Shown: positions 1-9,325, counted from the stretch's first letter. The stretch: 64,000 nt of DNA from Gemmatimonadota bacterium (GCA_041500125.1 JBGQLP010000013.1:516-64515); one strand, 5' to 3'. Program-made: numbers and translations. Notes: generated by a model from the letters alone, not told the origin.

Positions 1-655
1 CGGCGCGGCCGGAGATGGCGCTGAGGCTGAAACCGTGGAGCTGACCTGCGAGCACGGCCACGATGAGGATGATGATGCCCCCGCTGATCATCTCCATGCT
101 GGTGGCCAGAAATGGCGATGGAGGGAGGGGAGCGGACTTCGACGTGACCGATCCCCACGCCCAGGAAGCGGAAGCCAGCACCAGCACCGCCGCGCCCAGG
201 AGATCCACCTCGCTGTGGGACCCTGCCTGGGGTGAGACTAGAAGCCCTACTCCGATCACCCCCAGGATGAGCCCTCCGATGACCCGCTTGGCAGGCCGCG
301 ATCCGCCTCGCGCCCACTCCATCCCAACCATCCAGATGGGGACCACACCGATGAGCACGGCGGCCAGGCCGGACGGAACCCGTTGTTCGGCCCACGCCAC
401 GCTGGCGTTTCCACCCAGCAAGAGGAAGGCGCCGATCACGGCCGCCGCCCACCACTGCTTCGAGGTGGGACGGGCAGCGCCGCGGTACCGAGCCCAGGTG
501 TACAACACCGACCCGGCAACCAGGAAGCGCCCACCTGCCATGAGGTGCGGCGGAATGTCCACCACGGCCACCCGCATGGCCAGGTAAGTCATTCCCCAGA
601 AGACGTACACGCAGAGGAACGCGATTGCTATCTTCCACTTCAGGCCAATGCGCAC
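1..655 (-). CDS. EamA/DMT-family transporter; 3' end runs off the left edge of the window
   Basis: Absent from the ORF track because it has no stop in the window. Reverse-complement translation from GTG at 655 gives VRIGLKWKIAIAFLCVYVFWGMTYLAMRVAVVDIPPHLMAGGRFLVAGSVLYTW...LAAVLIGVVPIWMVG..., i.e. repeated hydrophobic helices typical of EamA repeats. An in-frame stop lies just upstream (695-697). ORF 63..587 (+) is its antisense shadow. Confidence 0.7.
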   Translation of the reverse strand, partial: MRIGLKWKIAIAFLCVYVFWGMTYLAMRVAVVDIPPHLMAGGRFLVAGSVLYTWARYRGAARPTSKQWWAAAVIGAFLLLGGNASVAWAEQRVPSGLAAVLIGVVPIWMVGMEWARGGSRPAKRVIGGLILGVIGVGLLVSPQAGSHSEVDLLGAAVLVLASASWAWGSVTSKSAPLPPSPFLATSMEMISGGIIILIVAVLAGQLHGFSLSAISGRA

Positions 656-733
656 AGGATTCCTTGCTGAGTCCCGCTGCCATTCTGAGTGAGCTTAGTA
701 GAACGAGGAATCTAGGGGGACGGTTTCAGACAC

Positions 734-1639
734 ATGGACGCTTCCACCATCGCTTCCAAGACCGGCGCCGCCTCGCGCCTGCCGGCGGACGCACGCATCG
801 GACGGGTACGACTCCGGGTGGGCGACATTGGCCGGGCGCTCGAGCTCTATCGGGACGTGCTCGGATTGGAGGTCGCACGCGATGAGGGAGCCCGCGTTAC
901 CTTGGCGCCGCGCGACTCGGCGGGAAAACGAGAGGTGATCATTCTGGAGGAGCAGTCGGGAATAGCCCGCCGGCCGGCACGGCCGGTGTCGACCGGGCTC
1001 TATCACGTGGCGCTCCTGGTGCCGGGCCGCAGAGATCTGGGGCGGTCACTCCTTCGCCTGCATGAATCCGGCTACCCGCTTCGCGGAATGTCGGATCACG
1101 CCGTCAGCGAGTCGCTATATCTCGACGATCCCTTCGGCAACGGCCTGGAGATCTACGCCGATCGTCCCAGGACGTCATGGCCGATCCAGGACGGTGTAGT
1201 TCAGATGACGGTCGACCCCATGGATGTCGAAGGAGTGGTTGCAGATGGACGCGAACGCCCGGAGCCCTGGAAGGGCCTTTCAGCGGACACCGTCGTCGGT
1301 CATGTCCATCTCACGGTCTCGCGAATGGAGCGGGCAGTCGCATTCTATCGCGACGTGGTCGGCTTCGACGTGATGATGAGGATACCGTCGCTCACAGCGG
1401 TGTCGGCGGGTGGATACCACCACCATCTCAACCTGAACACGTGGGCTGGGGAAGGCGCGCCCCCGGATTCGGATCGGGTCGCCGGACTGCTGGGGTGGGA
1501 GCTCGTGGTTCCAGGCTCTCAGGAACGCCGGGCACTGGTCGACCGGCTCGGTGCAGCTGGCACCCTCACCGGCTCACCCGGGGGGATCACCGCAACCGAT
1601 CCGGACCGAATTCCGTTTGAGCTGGAAGCCGTTCCCTAG
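734..1639 (+). CDS. Two-domain VOC (glyoxalase/bleomycin-resistance/extradiol-dioxygenase) family protein
   Basis: 301-aa ORF with two repeats of the VOC pattern (RIGRVRLRVGDIGRALELYRDVLGLEV... and VGHVHLTVSRMERAVAFYRDVVGFDV...). Confidence 0.8.
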   Translation: MDASTIASKTGAASRLPADARIGRVRLRVGDIGRALELYRDVLGLEVARDEGARVTLAPRDSAGKREVIILEEQSGIARRPARPVSTGLYHVALLVPGRRDLGRSLLRLHESGYPLRGMSDHAVSESLYLDDPFGNGLEIYADRPRTSWPIQDGVVQMTVDPMDVEGVVADGRERPEPWKGLSADTVVGHVHLTVSRMERAVAFYRDVVGFDVMMRIPSLTAVSAGGYHHHLNLNTWAGEGAPPDSDRVAGLLGWELVVPGSQERRALVDRLGAAGTLTGSPGGITATDPDRIPFELEAVP

Positions 1640-1647
1640 CGCCGCGG

Positions 1648-2034
1648 TCAATGCACCTTCAGCGCGCGGCCCACCATGGTCATCATTTCGGTCAGGGTGA
1701 AGGGCTTCTCGATGGTAAGCACCGTGCCCAACAGTGCCATGTTCCCCAAGAGATCCAGCCGTTTGGTCTGGCCGCCACCTGACATAGCAATGATCCGGAT
1801 CCCAGGGCTATAGGACAGCAGCTCGACGATGGTCTCGATGCCGTCCTTTTCCGGCATATGCAGGTCGGTTATGACCAGGTCGCCTCCGCGGTCACGCCAC
1901 AGGCGGACCGCCTCCAACCCATCCCGGGCCTGCATGACCTCATAGCCTGCCTTGCTCAGGAGAATCTGGAGGGTCCGCCGAATGCTGGCATCGTCATCGA
2001 CGACCATGATCCGCTGAGTCTGACCTGTGGTCAT
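1648..2034 (-). CDS. Single-domain response regulator (CheY-like receiver)
   Basis: MTTGQTQRIMVVDDDASIRRTLQILLSKAGYEV...DLVITDLHMPEKDG...; GGAGG lies 4 nt upstream of the ATG at 2034. The longer track ORF (to 2121) has no better start signal. Confidence 0.85.
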   Translation of the reverse strand: MTTGQTQRIMVVDDDASIRRTLQILLSKAGYEVMQARDGLEAVRLWRDRGGDLVITDLHMPEKDGIETIVELLSYSPGIRIIAMSGGGQTKRLDLLGNMALLGTVLTIEKPFTLTEMMTMVGRALKVH

Positions 2035-2448
2035 CTTGCCTCCGGGACGCTGCGCCATTGCGAGTGAGTCGACTACACCCGAGCAGGTCCTGGGCCAGCC
2101 ACGCATGTGTAACCAGAGCAAACAGGTAGCCTGCTTTCCGGAGGAAGAAGCGGCTTGTGGCCTGCCAATGTCTGGCGAATTTCAGTGGGGGGAGGTCTCC
2201 CAGCTCGGTCAACCGGAGAATTCCTGGTCGCCCGGCGGTGCCCAGTTGCTAGACGAAAAGTTCTCCACAGCGTGTGGAGATGTGGCCGGCCGGAGTAAGC
2301 TGCCTCGTCACACCCAGATGCCGGTCAACATCCGGTCCACATCACCCACACTTACCCCGAAGAGAAATGGGCGCTTGCAGCCGTCCATCGGAAATGCAGA
2401 TTGGTGGCACCTCCCTCTGATGTCCGTGGTTAATCCCGAGGCATTGCG

Positions 2449-2676
2449 ATGCAGCGTGAAGCTCGACTGCGTCCCGAGTACGCCCATCTCTATCCCATGC
2501 TCAAGCCAGGGGAGTGGGAATCGGCCGCCGCCACGGCGGACAAAGTGGCGGCGACCCGTCTGCTCCAGCTCGAGGATGCCTACGTGCTGCACGACAGAGT
2601 GCTGGCGGAGGCCCACTTCGAGTTCCGCGGAGGCTCACCGCGGCGGCAGCTCGACTCCTCCCAAGGAGCCGCGTAA
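2449..2676 (+). CDS. Small hypothetical protein (75 aa) carrying an uncharacterised REARLRPE...HFEFRG domain
   Basis: ORF-track ORF. Paralogous to the C-terminal 81 aa of the GNAT ORF at 43580..43825: hand alignment is ungapped with about 33 of 59 positions identical. Confidence 0.5.
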   Translation: MQREARLRPEYAHLYPMLKPGEWESAAATADKVAATRLLQLEDAYVLHDRVLAEAHFEFRGGSPRRQLDSSQGAA

Positions 2677-2698
2677 CGGAGGTCAGGCATGAATGCGG

Positions 2699-4144
2699 TC
2701 AGTGGCATGCTCCGCTGCCTGCGTCCGTGAAGCTGGTACCCTCGATGGGCATGAACTCCCACGCGTAGCTCGTGGCCCTGAGCGTCAGTTTCAATACCCC
2801 GAAACCTTTGTAGCGGGCCTCACTATTCGGTTGTGCCGTGCCGAAGTCATAGAGGCCGGCACCGCCACTTCCGGCTACGAACTCTCTGATTCCCCTGGCA
2901 TCATCCCTCGTTCCATCGACCCGCTGGGGCGCGAACCGTTCATACTGATGGTTGTGCCCGCTGAGAACGATCTCCGCCCCGGCGTCGTAGAGGATGGTGA
3001 AGAGCGGGACCATAGAGGTCGCCCCGGCGTGCAGGGAACCGCTGGTGAAGAGCGGCTTATGCCAATAGGCGAGCGTGCACGTAGTCGGATGAGCAGCCAA
3101 GTCCTGCTTGAGCCATGTCGCCTGTGCGCTGGTCGCGCTCACGTCGGTCTCGCTATTAAGCGAGATGATGTGCCAGCTGCCGAGGTCATAGCTGTAGTAA
3201 CCTCTTCCGGCAGGGCCCGCATTGACCCCGAAATAGTCGAAGTAAGGAGTTGCAGCGGCCTGGTGATACTCATGGTTCCCGGGCGCCGGGCGCGTGCGGT
3301 CTTTGAACTTCCCCCAGCTGGGGGCGTAGCATTGGCTGTAATCGGTCGCAGTCCCGTCCGGGTACGCGTTGTCGCCGATGGTGTAGACCGTGGCGGCCGG
3401 GTATTTGGCGATGAGGGCAGCGGTAGCCTCGTCCTTAAAGGTGGAGTTGCACCCTGCGATATCGCCTGCACCGATGAGGATCGCCTCCGTGTTCGCCACG
3501 GTGACGTCGTGGGAGACGGAGCCGCTCGCCCCACCATTATCAGCCACCGTCAAGCTCACCGAGTAGCCACCACCGGCAGCGTAGGTATGCGCCGGGCTGA
3601 CAGCGGTCGAGGTTGAGCCATCTCCGAAGTGCCAAGCGTGGCTGGAAACCGTGCCGTCGCCGTCGGTGCTGGCGTCAGTGAACGTGCATGTGAGCACGCT
3701 ACAGCTCGAGGTGAATGCCGCGGTCGGTGGTGTGTTCGAGGGCGGCGGGGGAGGTGCGGCACTGACGGTGACCTCATCCGTCGCAGCGTCGCGGGCTCCC
3801 GCGTTGTCGGTGACCGTCAGGGTTATGCTGTAGGTGCCCTCTGCCGCGTAAGTGTGCGAGGCTATGTCGCTCAGAGAGCTTCCGTCCCCGTAGTCCCACA
3901 TCCGGCTGACGATGGTGCCGTCAGGATCGGTGCTGCCATCGGTGAAACTGCAAGCGAGCTCGGTGCAGCTGGAGCTGAACAAGGCATTGGGTGGGGCGTC
4001 ACTTGCCGACGGGCTCTGAGTCGAGGGCGCACCACAATAGATCAGGCCAAGTGCAAGCCCGGCAAAGGCCACTGCACGGCGCAGAAGGGAGCTTCTGAGC
4101 ACACGCGCCCGTGACCGAAATTGCTTTCGGGTAGGATTGTCCAT
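2699..4144 (-). CDS. Secreted 2xPKD-domain metallophosphoesterase (calcineurin-like)
   Basis: N-terminal hydrophobic signal/anchor. Two PKD-like repeats (CSFTDGSTDPDGTIVSRMWDYGDGS...YSITLTVTDNAG; CTFTDASTDGDGTVSSHAWHFGDGS...YSVSLTVADNGG). Then phosphoesterase motifs (GDNAY, GNHEY, SGHNHQYER). Confidence 0.85.
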   Translation of the reverse strand: MDNPTRKQFRSRARVLRSSLLRRAVAFAGLALGLIYCGAPSTQSPSASDAPPNALFSSSCTELACSFTDGSTDPDGTIVSRMWDYGDGSSLSDIASHTYAAEGTYSITLTVTDNAGARDAATDEVTVSAAPPPPPSNTPPTAAFTSSCSVLTCTFTDASTDGDGTVSSHAWHFGDGSTSTAVSPAHTYAAGGGYSVSLTVADNGGASGSVSHDVTVANTEAILIGAGDIAGCNSTFKDEATAALIAKYPAATVYTIGDNAYPDGTATDYSQCYAPSWGKFKDRTRPAPGNHEYHQAAATPYFDYFGVNAGPAGRGYYSYDLGSWHIISLNSETDVSATSAQATWLKQDLAAHPTTCTLAYWHKPLFTSGSLHAGATSMVPLFTILYDAGAEIVLSGHNHQYERFAPQRVDGTRDDARGIREFVAGSGGAGLYDFGTAQPNSEARYKGFGVLKLTLRATSYAWEFMPIEGTSFTDAGSGACH

Positions 4145-4369
4145 CGAATGTTCCGGTGACTTGAGGACGACGGGGGATTCGATGGAGGGGCAAGGAGGGT
4201 GCCAGTGACGGCGCCGCGCCCGCTTGCTGTTTCAGTATGCCTATGCTCGGCTTGACTTTAGCGAAAATGGGCCGACCCGGTTCGTGCGCGATTGGTGGTC
4301 GGATCTTCGGCCTGGATAGATGCAGATCACGGGGCGCTAGACCAGAATCCTAATCCTTCTGAGTCCGAC

Positions 4370-4534
4370 TCACCTCCAGATGGTTTGCACCTTAGCCGTC
4401 GCGCTCTTTGCTTCCGACGCCCGGCCCAGAATGCGGGGGCCCACCAGGGCCGCGAGCAGACCGATGAGGGTGACGACGATCAGTGCCTCGACGACGGTGA
4501 ATCCCAATCGGCCCTTCCGGGGGCACTCTTGCAT
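4370..4534 (-). CDS. Very short prepilin-type N-terminal cleavage/methylation-domain protein (54 aa, GspG/pseudopilin-like N-terminus only)
   Basis: MQECPRKGRLG|FTVVEALIVVTLIGLLAALVGPRILGRASEAKSATAKVQTIWR: class-III signal motif G/FT..E followed by a hydrophobic helix. The track ORF 4370..4771 is longer but overlaps the upstream gene. Confidence 0.5.
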   Translation of the reverse strand: MQECPRKGRLGFTVVEALIVVTLIGLLAALVGPRILGRASEAKSATAKVQTIWR

Positions 4535-4563
4535 AGCAGAACTCGCAAGCATTGAGATTGATG

Positions 4564-5043
4564 TCATGCCTGGTCGTACGCCTGCTGTAGCTTCTTGGTG
4601 TCGATCTTCTTCATCTGCAGCATCGCCTGCATGACATTCTGGGATTTCCTGGGATCCTTGTCCGAGAGCAGCTTGGGTAGGAGCGTAGGCACGATCTGCC
4701 AGGACAGACCAAACCTGTCCGTAAGCCACCCGCATTGGTCTTCCCTTCCACCCTCGGAGAGCTTCTTCCACAGCTCATCCACCTCCTGCTGCGTGTCACA
4801 GTTCACCACAAACGATATCGCAGGCGTGAAGCTGTATTGGGGCCCGCCGTTGAGCGCGAGGAACTCCTGCCCGAAGAGCTGGAAGGTCGCGGTCATCACC
4901 GACCCCTTCCGTCCCGGCCCGGCTTCTCCATAGCGCGTCACGCTCCCGGCCTTTGAATTCTTGAAGACGGAGAGGTAGAAGGTCATGGCTTCTTCGGCCT
5001 GGTTGTCGAACCACAGGCACGGCGTGAGCTTTTGCATGGTCAC
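4564..5043 (-). CDS. VOC-fold protein of the PhnB / 3-demethylubiquinone-9 3-methyltransferase-domain type
   Basis: MQKLTPCLWFDNQAEEAMTFYLSVFKNS...GGPQYSFTPAISFVVNCDTQQEVDELWKKLSEGG...CGWLTDRFGLSWQIVP matches the remembered family pattern. Confidence 0.8.
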   Translation of the reverse strand: MTMQKLTPCLWFDNQAEEAMTFYLSVFKNSKAGSVTRYGEAGPGRKGSVMTATFQLFGQEFLALNGGPQYSFTPAISFVVNCDTQQEVDELWKKLSEGGREDQCGWLTDRFGLSWQIVPTLLPKLLSDKDPRKSQNVMQAMLQMKKIDTKKLQQAYDQA

Positions 5044-5555
5044 TTCACTCCTCCAGTCAGGGCCGAGGCCAACAGCTCGGCAAGCTTGTCGTAACCCCGG
5101 GCGACTCCGTCCTTCATGGGCGACCTGAGCACCGCATCACGGACTTCTTGCGACGCGTAACGCACCGTGGTCGAGAGCGTGGTCCAGCCGTCCTTCTCCA
5201 CCAGCACCGTCGTGTCCAGGGCATCACCGCCGTCGTACCACTTCTCATCGAATGACTCGGTGCAGACGATGCGTTCGGGTCGCACTATCTCACGGTAGAC
5301 CCCCCGCATTCCCATCTCGATTCCGTCGGGGCCGCGCCACAGGTAGCGATAGGTACCGCCGACCTTGAGATTGATCTCGCAGACCTCCATCGACCAGCCG
5401 CCGAACACTCCCAACCAGCGCTTGACCAGCTCCGGCTTGGTATAAGCATCGAAGACCAGATTGCGCGGAGCATTGAAGACGCGGGTCATGACTATCTCCC
5501 GCTCCGAAGGCGTGGTGACCTGTAGCGTGCCAGGGTTCTTCATGGCGTTACTCAT
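5040..5555 (-). CDS. SRPBCC/AHSA1 (Aha1-like) domain protein
   Basis: EREIVMTRVFNAPRNLVFDAYTKPELVKRWLG...GGTYRYLWRGPDG...; ATG at 5555 with an upstream GGAG; 4-nt overlap with the downstream gene. Confidence 0.85.
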   Translation of the reverse strand: MSNAMKNPGTLQVTTPSEREIVMTRVFNAPRNLVFDAYTKPELVKRWLGVFGGWSMEVCEINLKVGGTYRYLWRGPDGIEMGMRGVYREIVRPERIVCTESFDEKWYDGGDALDTTVLVEKDGWTTLSTTVRYASQEVRDAVLRSPMKDGVARGYDKLAELLASALTGGVK

Positions 5556-5568
5556 CGGGGATCTCCTC

Positions 5569-5946
5569 TTATCTCTTCGTGGGTCCACGTTTGTGCTGCT
5601 TGGTCTTCATCTCTTCGAGCAAGGCGTCCAGGTGCTGGAAGTTGCCCTCCCAGACCTCGCGGTAGCCTTCGAGCCATTCGGTGGCTTCCTCCAGCGGTTT
5701 GGCCTCCAGCCGCCGGGGGCGCCGCTGCGCATCGCGGCCGCGGGAGATCAGGCCGGCACGCTCCAGGACCTTGAGGTGCTTGGAGATGGCGGGCTGGCTC
5801 ATGGCGAATGGCTCGGCCAGCTCCGTCACCGAGGCGTCACCCGACGCGAGCCGGGCGAGGATCGCCCGCCGGGTGGGATCGGCGAGAGCCGCGAACGTGG
5901 CGTCCAGGTGATCCGGGGCGATTTGCCCATAACCACGAGGTTTCAT
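5569..5946 (-). CDS. ArsR/SmtB-family transcriptional regulator
   Basis: FAALADPTRRAILARLASGDASVTELAEPFAMSQPAISKHLKVLERAGLI (winged HTH). Heads the ArsR-SRPBCC-PhnB-like gene string. A weak ATAAC-N6-GTTAT inverted repeat overlaps its start codon (5945-5960). Confidence 0.9.
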   Translation of the reverse strand: MKPRGYGQIAPDHLDATFAALADPTRRAILARLASGDASVTELAEPFAMSQPAISKHLKVLERAGLISRGRDAQRRPRRLEAKPLEEATEWLEGYREVWEGNFQHLDALLEEMKTKQHKRGPTKR

Positions 5947-6080
5947 AACTGATAGGTTATCTACAACGCAGTGCGCCGCCTGTCAAGCGCAGGCGCATTC
6001 GGTGATCTGCTAATGCGAGGAGGAACGCGCTACGCTTGATGGTCGCCCGCCAGAGGGGCCGGGGCCCCTAAGTGGCAGGC

Positions 6081-6569
6081 TTACCTGGACTGCGGCGGCC
6101 CTGGTGGCGCAGGAGCCGGCGGACAAGCGACGGTCCCGACCTGCTGCACTTCCGCGAATTGAATCAGCCGATCGGCTATGGCCTGGAGCTGGTACTGGTT
6201 TCCGCCACTGGGGACTGCAAGGTAGAAGGAGCCCGCGTCCCCCGAAGGGGTCGGACCCAGGAGCCTGCCGTGAACGCTCTTGGCCACCGCGGTGCGGGTC
6301 GAGCGGCTGGCGGATGGGGTAAACAAGATCACGAGCAAGTCGGAGGCTACGCCGCCAGGGGAGCCGATGCAGGCGGTGCTCAACGTGCTGTCGACCGGCG
6401 GCTGCGTTGCGGGGGCCGGTTGCAGATTATCAGGATGGGGGCGGACGCTGTCTGAGCGCGCCACGGTGGTGCTATCGTGTGGCGAGGCCTGACCGGCACA
6501 TGGGGACACGTCCGCCAGACTGGTCGAGCCGATCAGCCAAACACCAACGATGACTAATGGTCTGAACAT
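6081..6569 (-). CDS. Hypothetical secreted protein (162 aa)
   Basis: Internal ATG at 6569 gives MFRPLVIVGVWLIGSTSLA (signal peptide). The C-terminal LLVILFTPSASRSTRTAVAKSVHGRLL...YLAVPSGGNQYQLQAIADRL resembles a subtilisin-propeptide (I9)-like beta-alpha-beta fold; this resemblance is weak. The N-terminal 108 codons of the track ORF look non-coding. Confidence 0.45.
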   Translation of the reverse strand: MFRPLVIVGVWLIGSTSLADVSPCAGQASPHDSTTVARSDSVRPHPDNLQPAPATQPPVDSTLSTACIGSPGGVASDLLVILFTPSASRSTRTAVAKSVHGRLLGPTPSGDAGSFYLAVPSGGNQYQLQAIADRLIQFAEVQQVGTVACPPAPAPPGPPQSR

Positions 6570-6583
6570 CCACCGCCGAGATT

Positions 6584-6868
6584 TCAGCTGGACTCCGGCA
6601 CCTCTTGGCGGATGGCAAGAGCCTGCTGCAGGTACTGCAGCGCCGCCTGCACACCGCCATTCGCGCTCCCCGCCACTTGCAGGGCATACGCGACGTGGCG
6701 GGCCAACCCGGCGGATTGTTCCGCGCCCAGCTCCAAACCGCCCGGCTCGGCGGCCGCCAGGTCGCGGAGAATGTGGGCCAGCTCGACGACGAGATGTTCC
6801 TCGACGACGCTGTGCCACTTGGTAATGAACTCCCGGGTATTCAGGGCCGGGAAGGGTGTTTCCTCCAT
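6584..6868 (-). CDS. Hypothetical helical protein (94 aa)
   Basis: ATG at 6868 preceded by GGGAGA; GC-rich third positions. The longer track ORF (to 7120) runs into tRNA-Phe and is rejected. Confidence 0.4.
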   Translation of the reverse strand: MEETPFPALNTREFITKWHSVVEEHLVVELAHILRDLAAAEPGGLELGAEQSAGLARHVAYALQVAGSANGGVQAALQYLQQALAIRQEVPESS

Positions 6869-7090
6869 GGCATCTCCCGTGGTTCCACCGCACGGTTGTT
6901 CACCCGGTAACCTCGGGTGAGTGATTTGTGGGCGGTGGGGGATAACCTGCAGACCGGGGGGCAGCGGCGCAACGTCCAGGCCTTTTTCGGCTGGTACGCG
7001 CCGACCCCGCAGGTGCGTCGCCGCCCTCTGCACGAAGCTGACCTGGGGCTCAGTCCTTGAAATAATGAGGTAAGTGATTGTTGGAGTGAA

Positions 7091-7163
<73 letters not shown>

Positions 7164-7269
7164 GTTGGGGCGGGAAATATAGGAAGAGACAAGGGACATA
7201 GCCAAGTGATTGGGGGAGCGGCACTATCAGGGTGACAGCAGTGGGGCTCCCCCCTCATATTTCCCCCCC

Positions 7270-7914
7270 ATGCCGCCGCCATCCTTCGCCAATCTTACCG
7301 TTCTGTCTCACCCTCTCATCCAACACAAGCTTTCTATTCTCCGTGATAAGCACACCAGCACCCGCGACTTCAAGCAGCTGGTGAGCGAGATCGCGACCCT
7401 GATGGCCTACGAAGTGACCAAGGATCTGCCGACCGCCCCGGTCGAGATCGAGACTCCGCTGGAGCGGACCACCGGGCGGCAGGTCGCCGGGAAGAAGCTG
7501 ACCCTGGTGCCGATCCTTCGCGCCGGCCTCGGCATGGTGGACGGCATCACCCAGCTGATCCCGTCCGCCCGGGTAGGGCACATCGGACTGTACCGAGATC
7601 ACGACACCCTTCAGCCGGTGGATTACTACTTCAAGATTCCCTCCGACGAGGTCGAGCGGGACTTCTTCGTGCTCGATCCGATGCTCGCCACCGGCGGATC
7701 GGCGGTCGCGGCGGTGGGGGCGCTCAAGAAGGCCGGGGCCCGCCGGATCCGCTTCCTCTCCCTGGTGGCGGCTCCCGAGGGAGTCCGGCGTATGCTGGAA
7801 GCCCATCCCGACGTCCCGATATACGCCGCTGCGCTCGACCGGCAGCTCAACCAGGCCGGCTATATCCTTCCGGGCCTGGGGGACGCCGGCGATCGATTGT
7901 TTGGGACGAGGTGA
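7270..7914 (+). CDS. upp: Uracil phosphoribosyltransferase
   Basis: [27 protein letters not shown]...[14 protein letters not shown]...[12 protein letters not shown]...[20 protein letters not shown] at 7270 preferred over the TTG at 7210. Confidence 0.9.
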   Translation: MPPPSFANLTVLSHPLIQHKLSILRDKHTSTRDFKQLVSEIATLMAYEVTKDLPTAPVEIETPLERTTGRQVAGKKLTLVPILRAGLGMVDGITQLIPSARVGHIGLYRDHDTLQPVDYYFKIPSDEVERDFFVLDPMLATGGSAVAAVGALKKAGARRIRFLSLVAAPEGVRRMLEAHPDVPIYAAALDRQLNQAGYILPGLGDAGDRLFGTR

Positions 7915-7933
7915 AGAGCGTGGAAGATTGTTC

Positions 7934-9325
7934 ATGAGCGCTACCCGCATCACCTTCTGGGGCGCCGCCGGCCAGGTCACCGGCTCGATGCATCTGCTAG
8001 AAGCCGCCGGAGCAAGGATTCTGCTCGACGCCGGCCTGTTTCAGGGCCACCGGGCCGACACCCACACCTTGAACGCACACCTTCCGTTCGATGCCCGGCG
8101 GATCGACGGAGTGGTGTTGAGTCATGCCCACATCGACCACAGCGGCCGGCTTCCGCTCCTCGTTCGGGAAGGTTTCCACGGCCCGGTATACGGCACCCCC
8201 GCGACCCGCGATCTCAGCGCCGTCATGCTGGCCGACGCCGCCCACATCCAGGAGAAGGACTACGAATTCCTCCGGAAGCGGGGGCAAGTGCGTCCCGAGA
8301 GCGAGCCGCTCTACGCCCTGAGCGACGCGATTGCGGTGCAGGACCTCATGGTCGGCGTGCCCTACCGCCGGATCCTCCACTTGCGCAAGCATCTCGCGCT
8401 CGAGTTCCTGGAGGCGGGCCACATCCTCGGCTCGGCCACGGTCGACCTCCGCGTGACCGAGGGTGGGCATCAGCGGCTGGTCTTTTCCGGCGACATCGGC
8501 CGAAGCGGCCTCCCTATCGTGAGAAATCCGGAGCCCCCTTCGGGGCCGATCGACACCCTGGTCGTCGAATCGACCTATGCCGACCGGCAGCACGAGTCGT
8601 TCGACGACGCCGAGTCTCGTCTCGGCGCCGCGGTGCGCCGGATTGCGGCTCGAGGTGGGAAGGTGCTGATTCCGGCCTTTGCCGTGGGCCGCGCCCAGGA
8701 GCTGATCTACAGCCTGCACCGGCTCCATCGCGACGGCCAGATTCCCGATATCCCCATCTACGTCGACAGCCCGCTCGCCATCGACATCACCACTGTATTC
8801 CGCATGCATCCCGAGGTCTTCGACCGGCGGGAGCGAATGATCGAGACCACCAACGACCTCTTCGACTTCCCTCTCGTCCGCTATGTCCGCGATGTCACCG
8901 ACTCGAAGGCGCTCAACACCAACCCGGCACCAGCCGTGATCATCGCGGCGTCGGGGATGGCGGAATCGGGACGCATTCTCCACCATCTTGCCCACGGCCT
9001 CGGCGACCCGAAGAACCTGGTCCTCTTCGTGGGCTTTCAGGCGGAGCACACGCTGGGGCGCCGGATCCAGGCCGGCCAAGAAACGGTCCGGATTATGGGG
9101 CAGGAGTACGAGCGGCGAGCCGAAGTCGAGTCAATCACCGGGTATTCGGCTCACGCGGACCGTGACGAGCTGCGATCCTGGGTCCGCCGGCTGGGCGGGC
9201 CGGTTCGGCGAGCCTTCGTGCTGCACGGCGAGCCTCCCGCCCTCGAGGCGATGTCCACCATTCTTCGGGAGGAAGGTGTGCGCGACGTGCGCATCCCGAA
9301 ACACGGGGAGAGCTTCGAGTTGTGA
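7934..9325 (+). CDS. MBL-fold metallo-hydrolase with beta-CASP / RNA-specificity domain (RNA-processing nuclease type)
   Basis: ITFWGAAGQVTGS...VVLSHAHIDHSGRLP...ESTYADR...GYSAHADRDEL. ATG at 7934. Confidence 0.85.
   Translation: MSATRITFWGAAGQVTGSMHLLEAAGARILLDAGLFQGHRADTHTLNAHLPFDARRIDGVVLSHAHIDHSGRLPLLVREGFHGPVYGTPATRDLSAVMLADAAHIQEKDYEFLRKRGQVRPESEPLYALSDAIAVQDLMVGVPYRRILHLRKHLALEFLEAGHILGSATVDLRVTEGGHQRLVFSGDIGRSGLPIVRNPEPPSGPIDTLVVESTYADRQHESFDDAESRLGAAVRRIAARGGKVLIPAFAVGRAQELIYSLHRLHRDGQIPDIPIYVDSPLAIDITTVFRMHPEVFDRRERMIETTNDLFDFPLVRYVRDVTDSKALNTNPAPAVIIAASGMAESGRILHHLAHGLGDPKNLVLFVGFQAEHTLGRRIQAGQETVRIMGQEYERRAEVESITGYSAHADRDELRSWVRRLGGPVRRAFVLHGEPPALEAMSTILREEGVRDVRIPKHGESFEL

Noticed and set aside
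63-587. 174-aa plus-strand ORF at the left edge
   Set aside because: It is antisense to a much better EamA-transporter reading frame. The composition (Arg/Pro/Ala-rich, no motifs) is typical of a high-GC shadow ORF.
2405-2420. TGGCAC upstream of the small ORF at 2449 as a sigma54 -24 element
   Set aside because: The position 10 nt after the GG is TG, not GC, so there is no -12 element.
4564-5946. ArsR-SRPBCC-PhnB-like trio as a novel system
   Set aside because: As far as I recall, this gene combination is widespread and routinely annotated. Nothing unusual was seen beyond the trailing mini-prepilin.
7255-9079. Long minus-strand ORFs 7255..7980 and 7997..9079
   Set aside because: They lie antisense to upp and the MBL/beta-CASP gene, which have clear family motifs. 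Their translations are low-complexity and Arg/Gly/Pro-rich.
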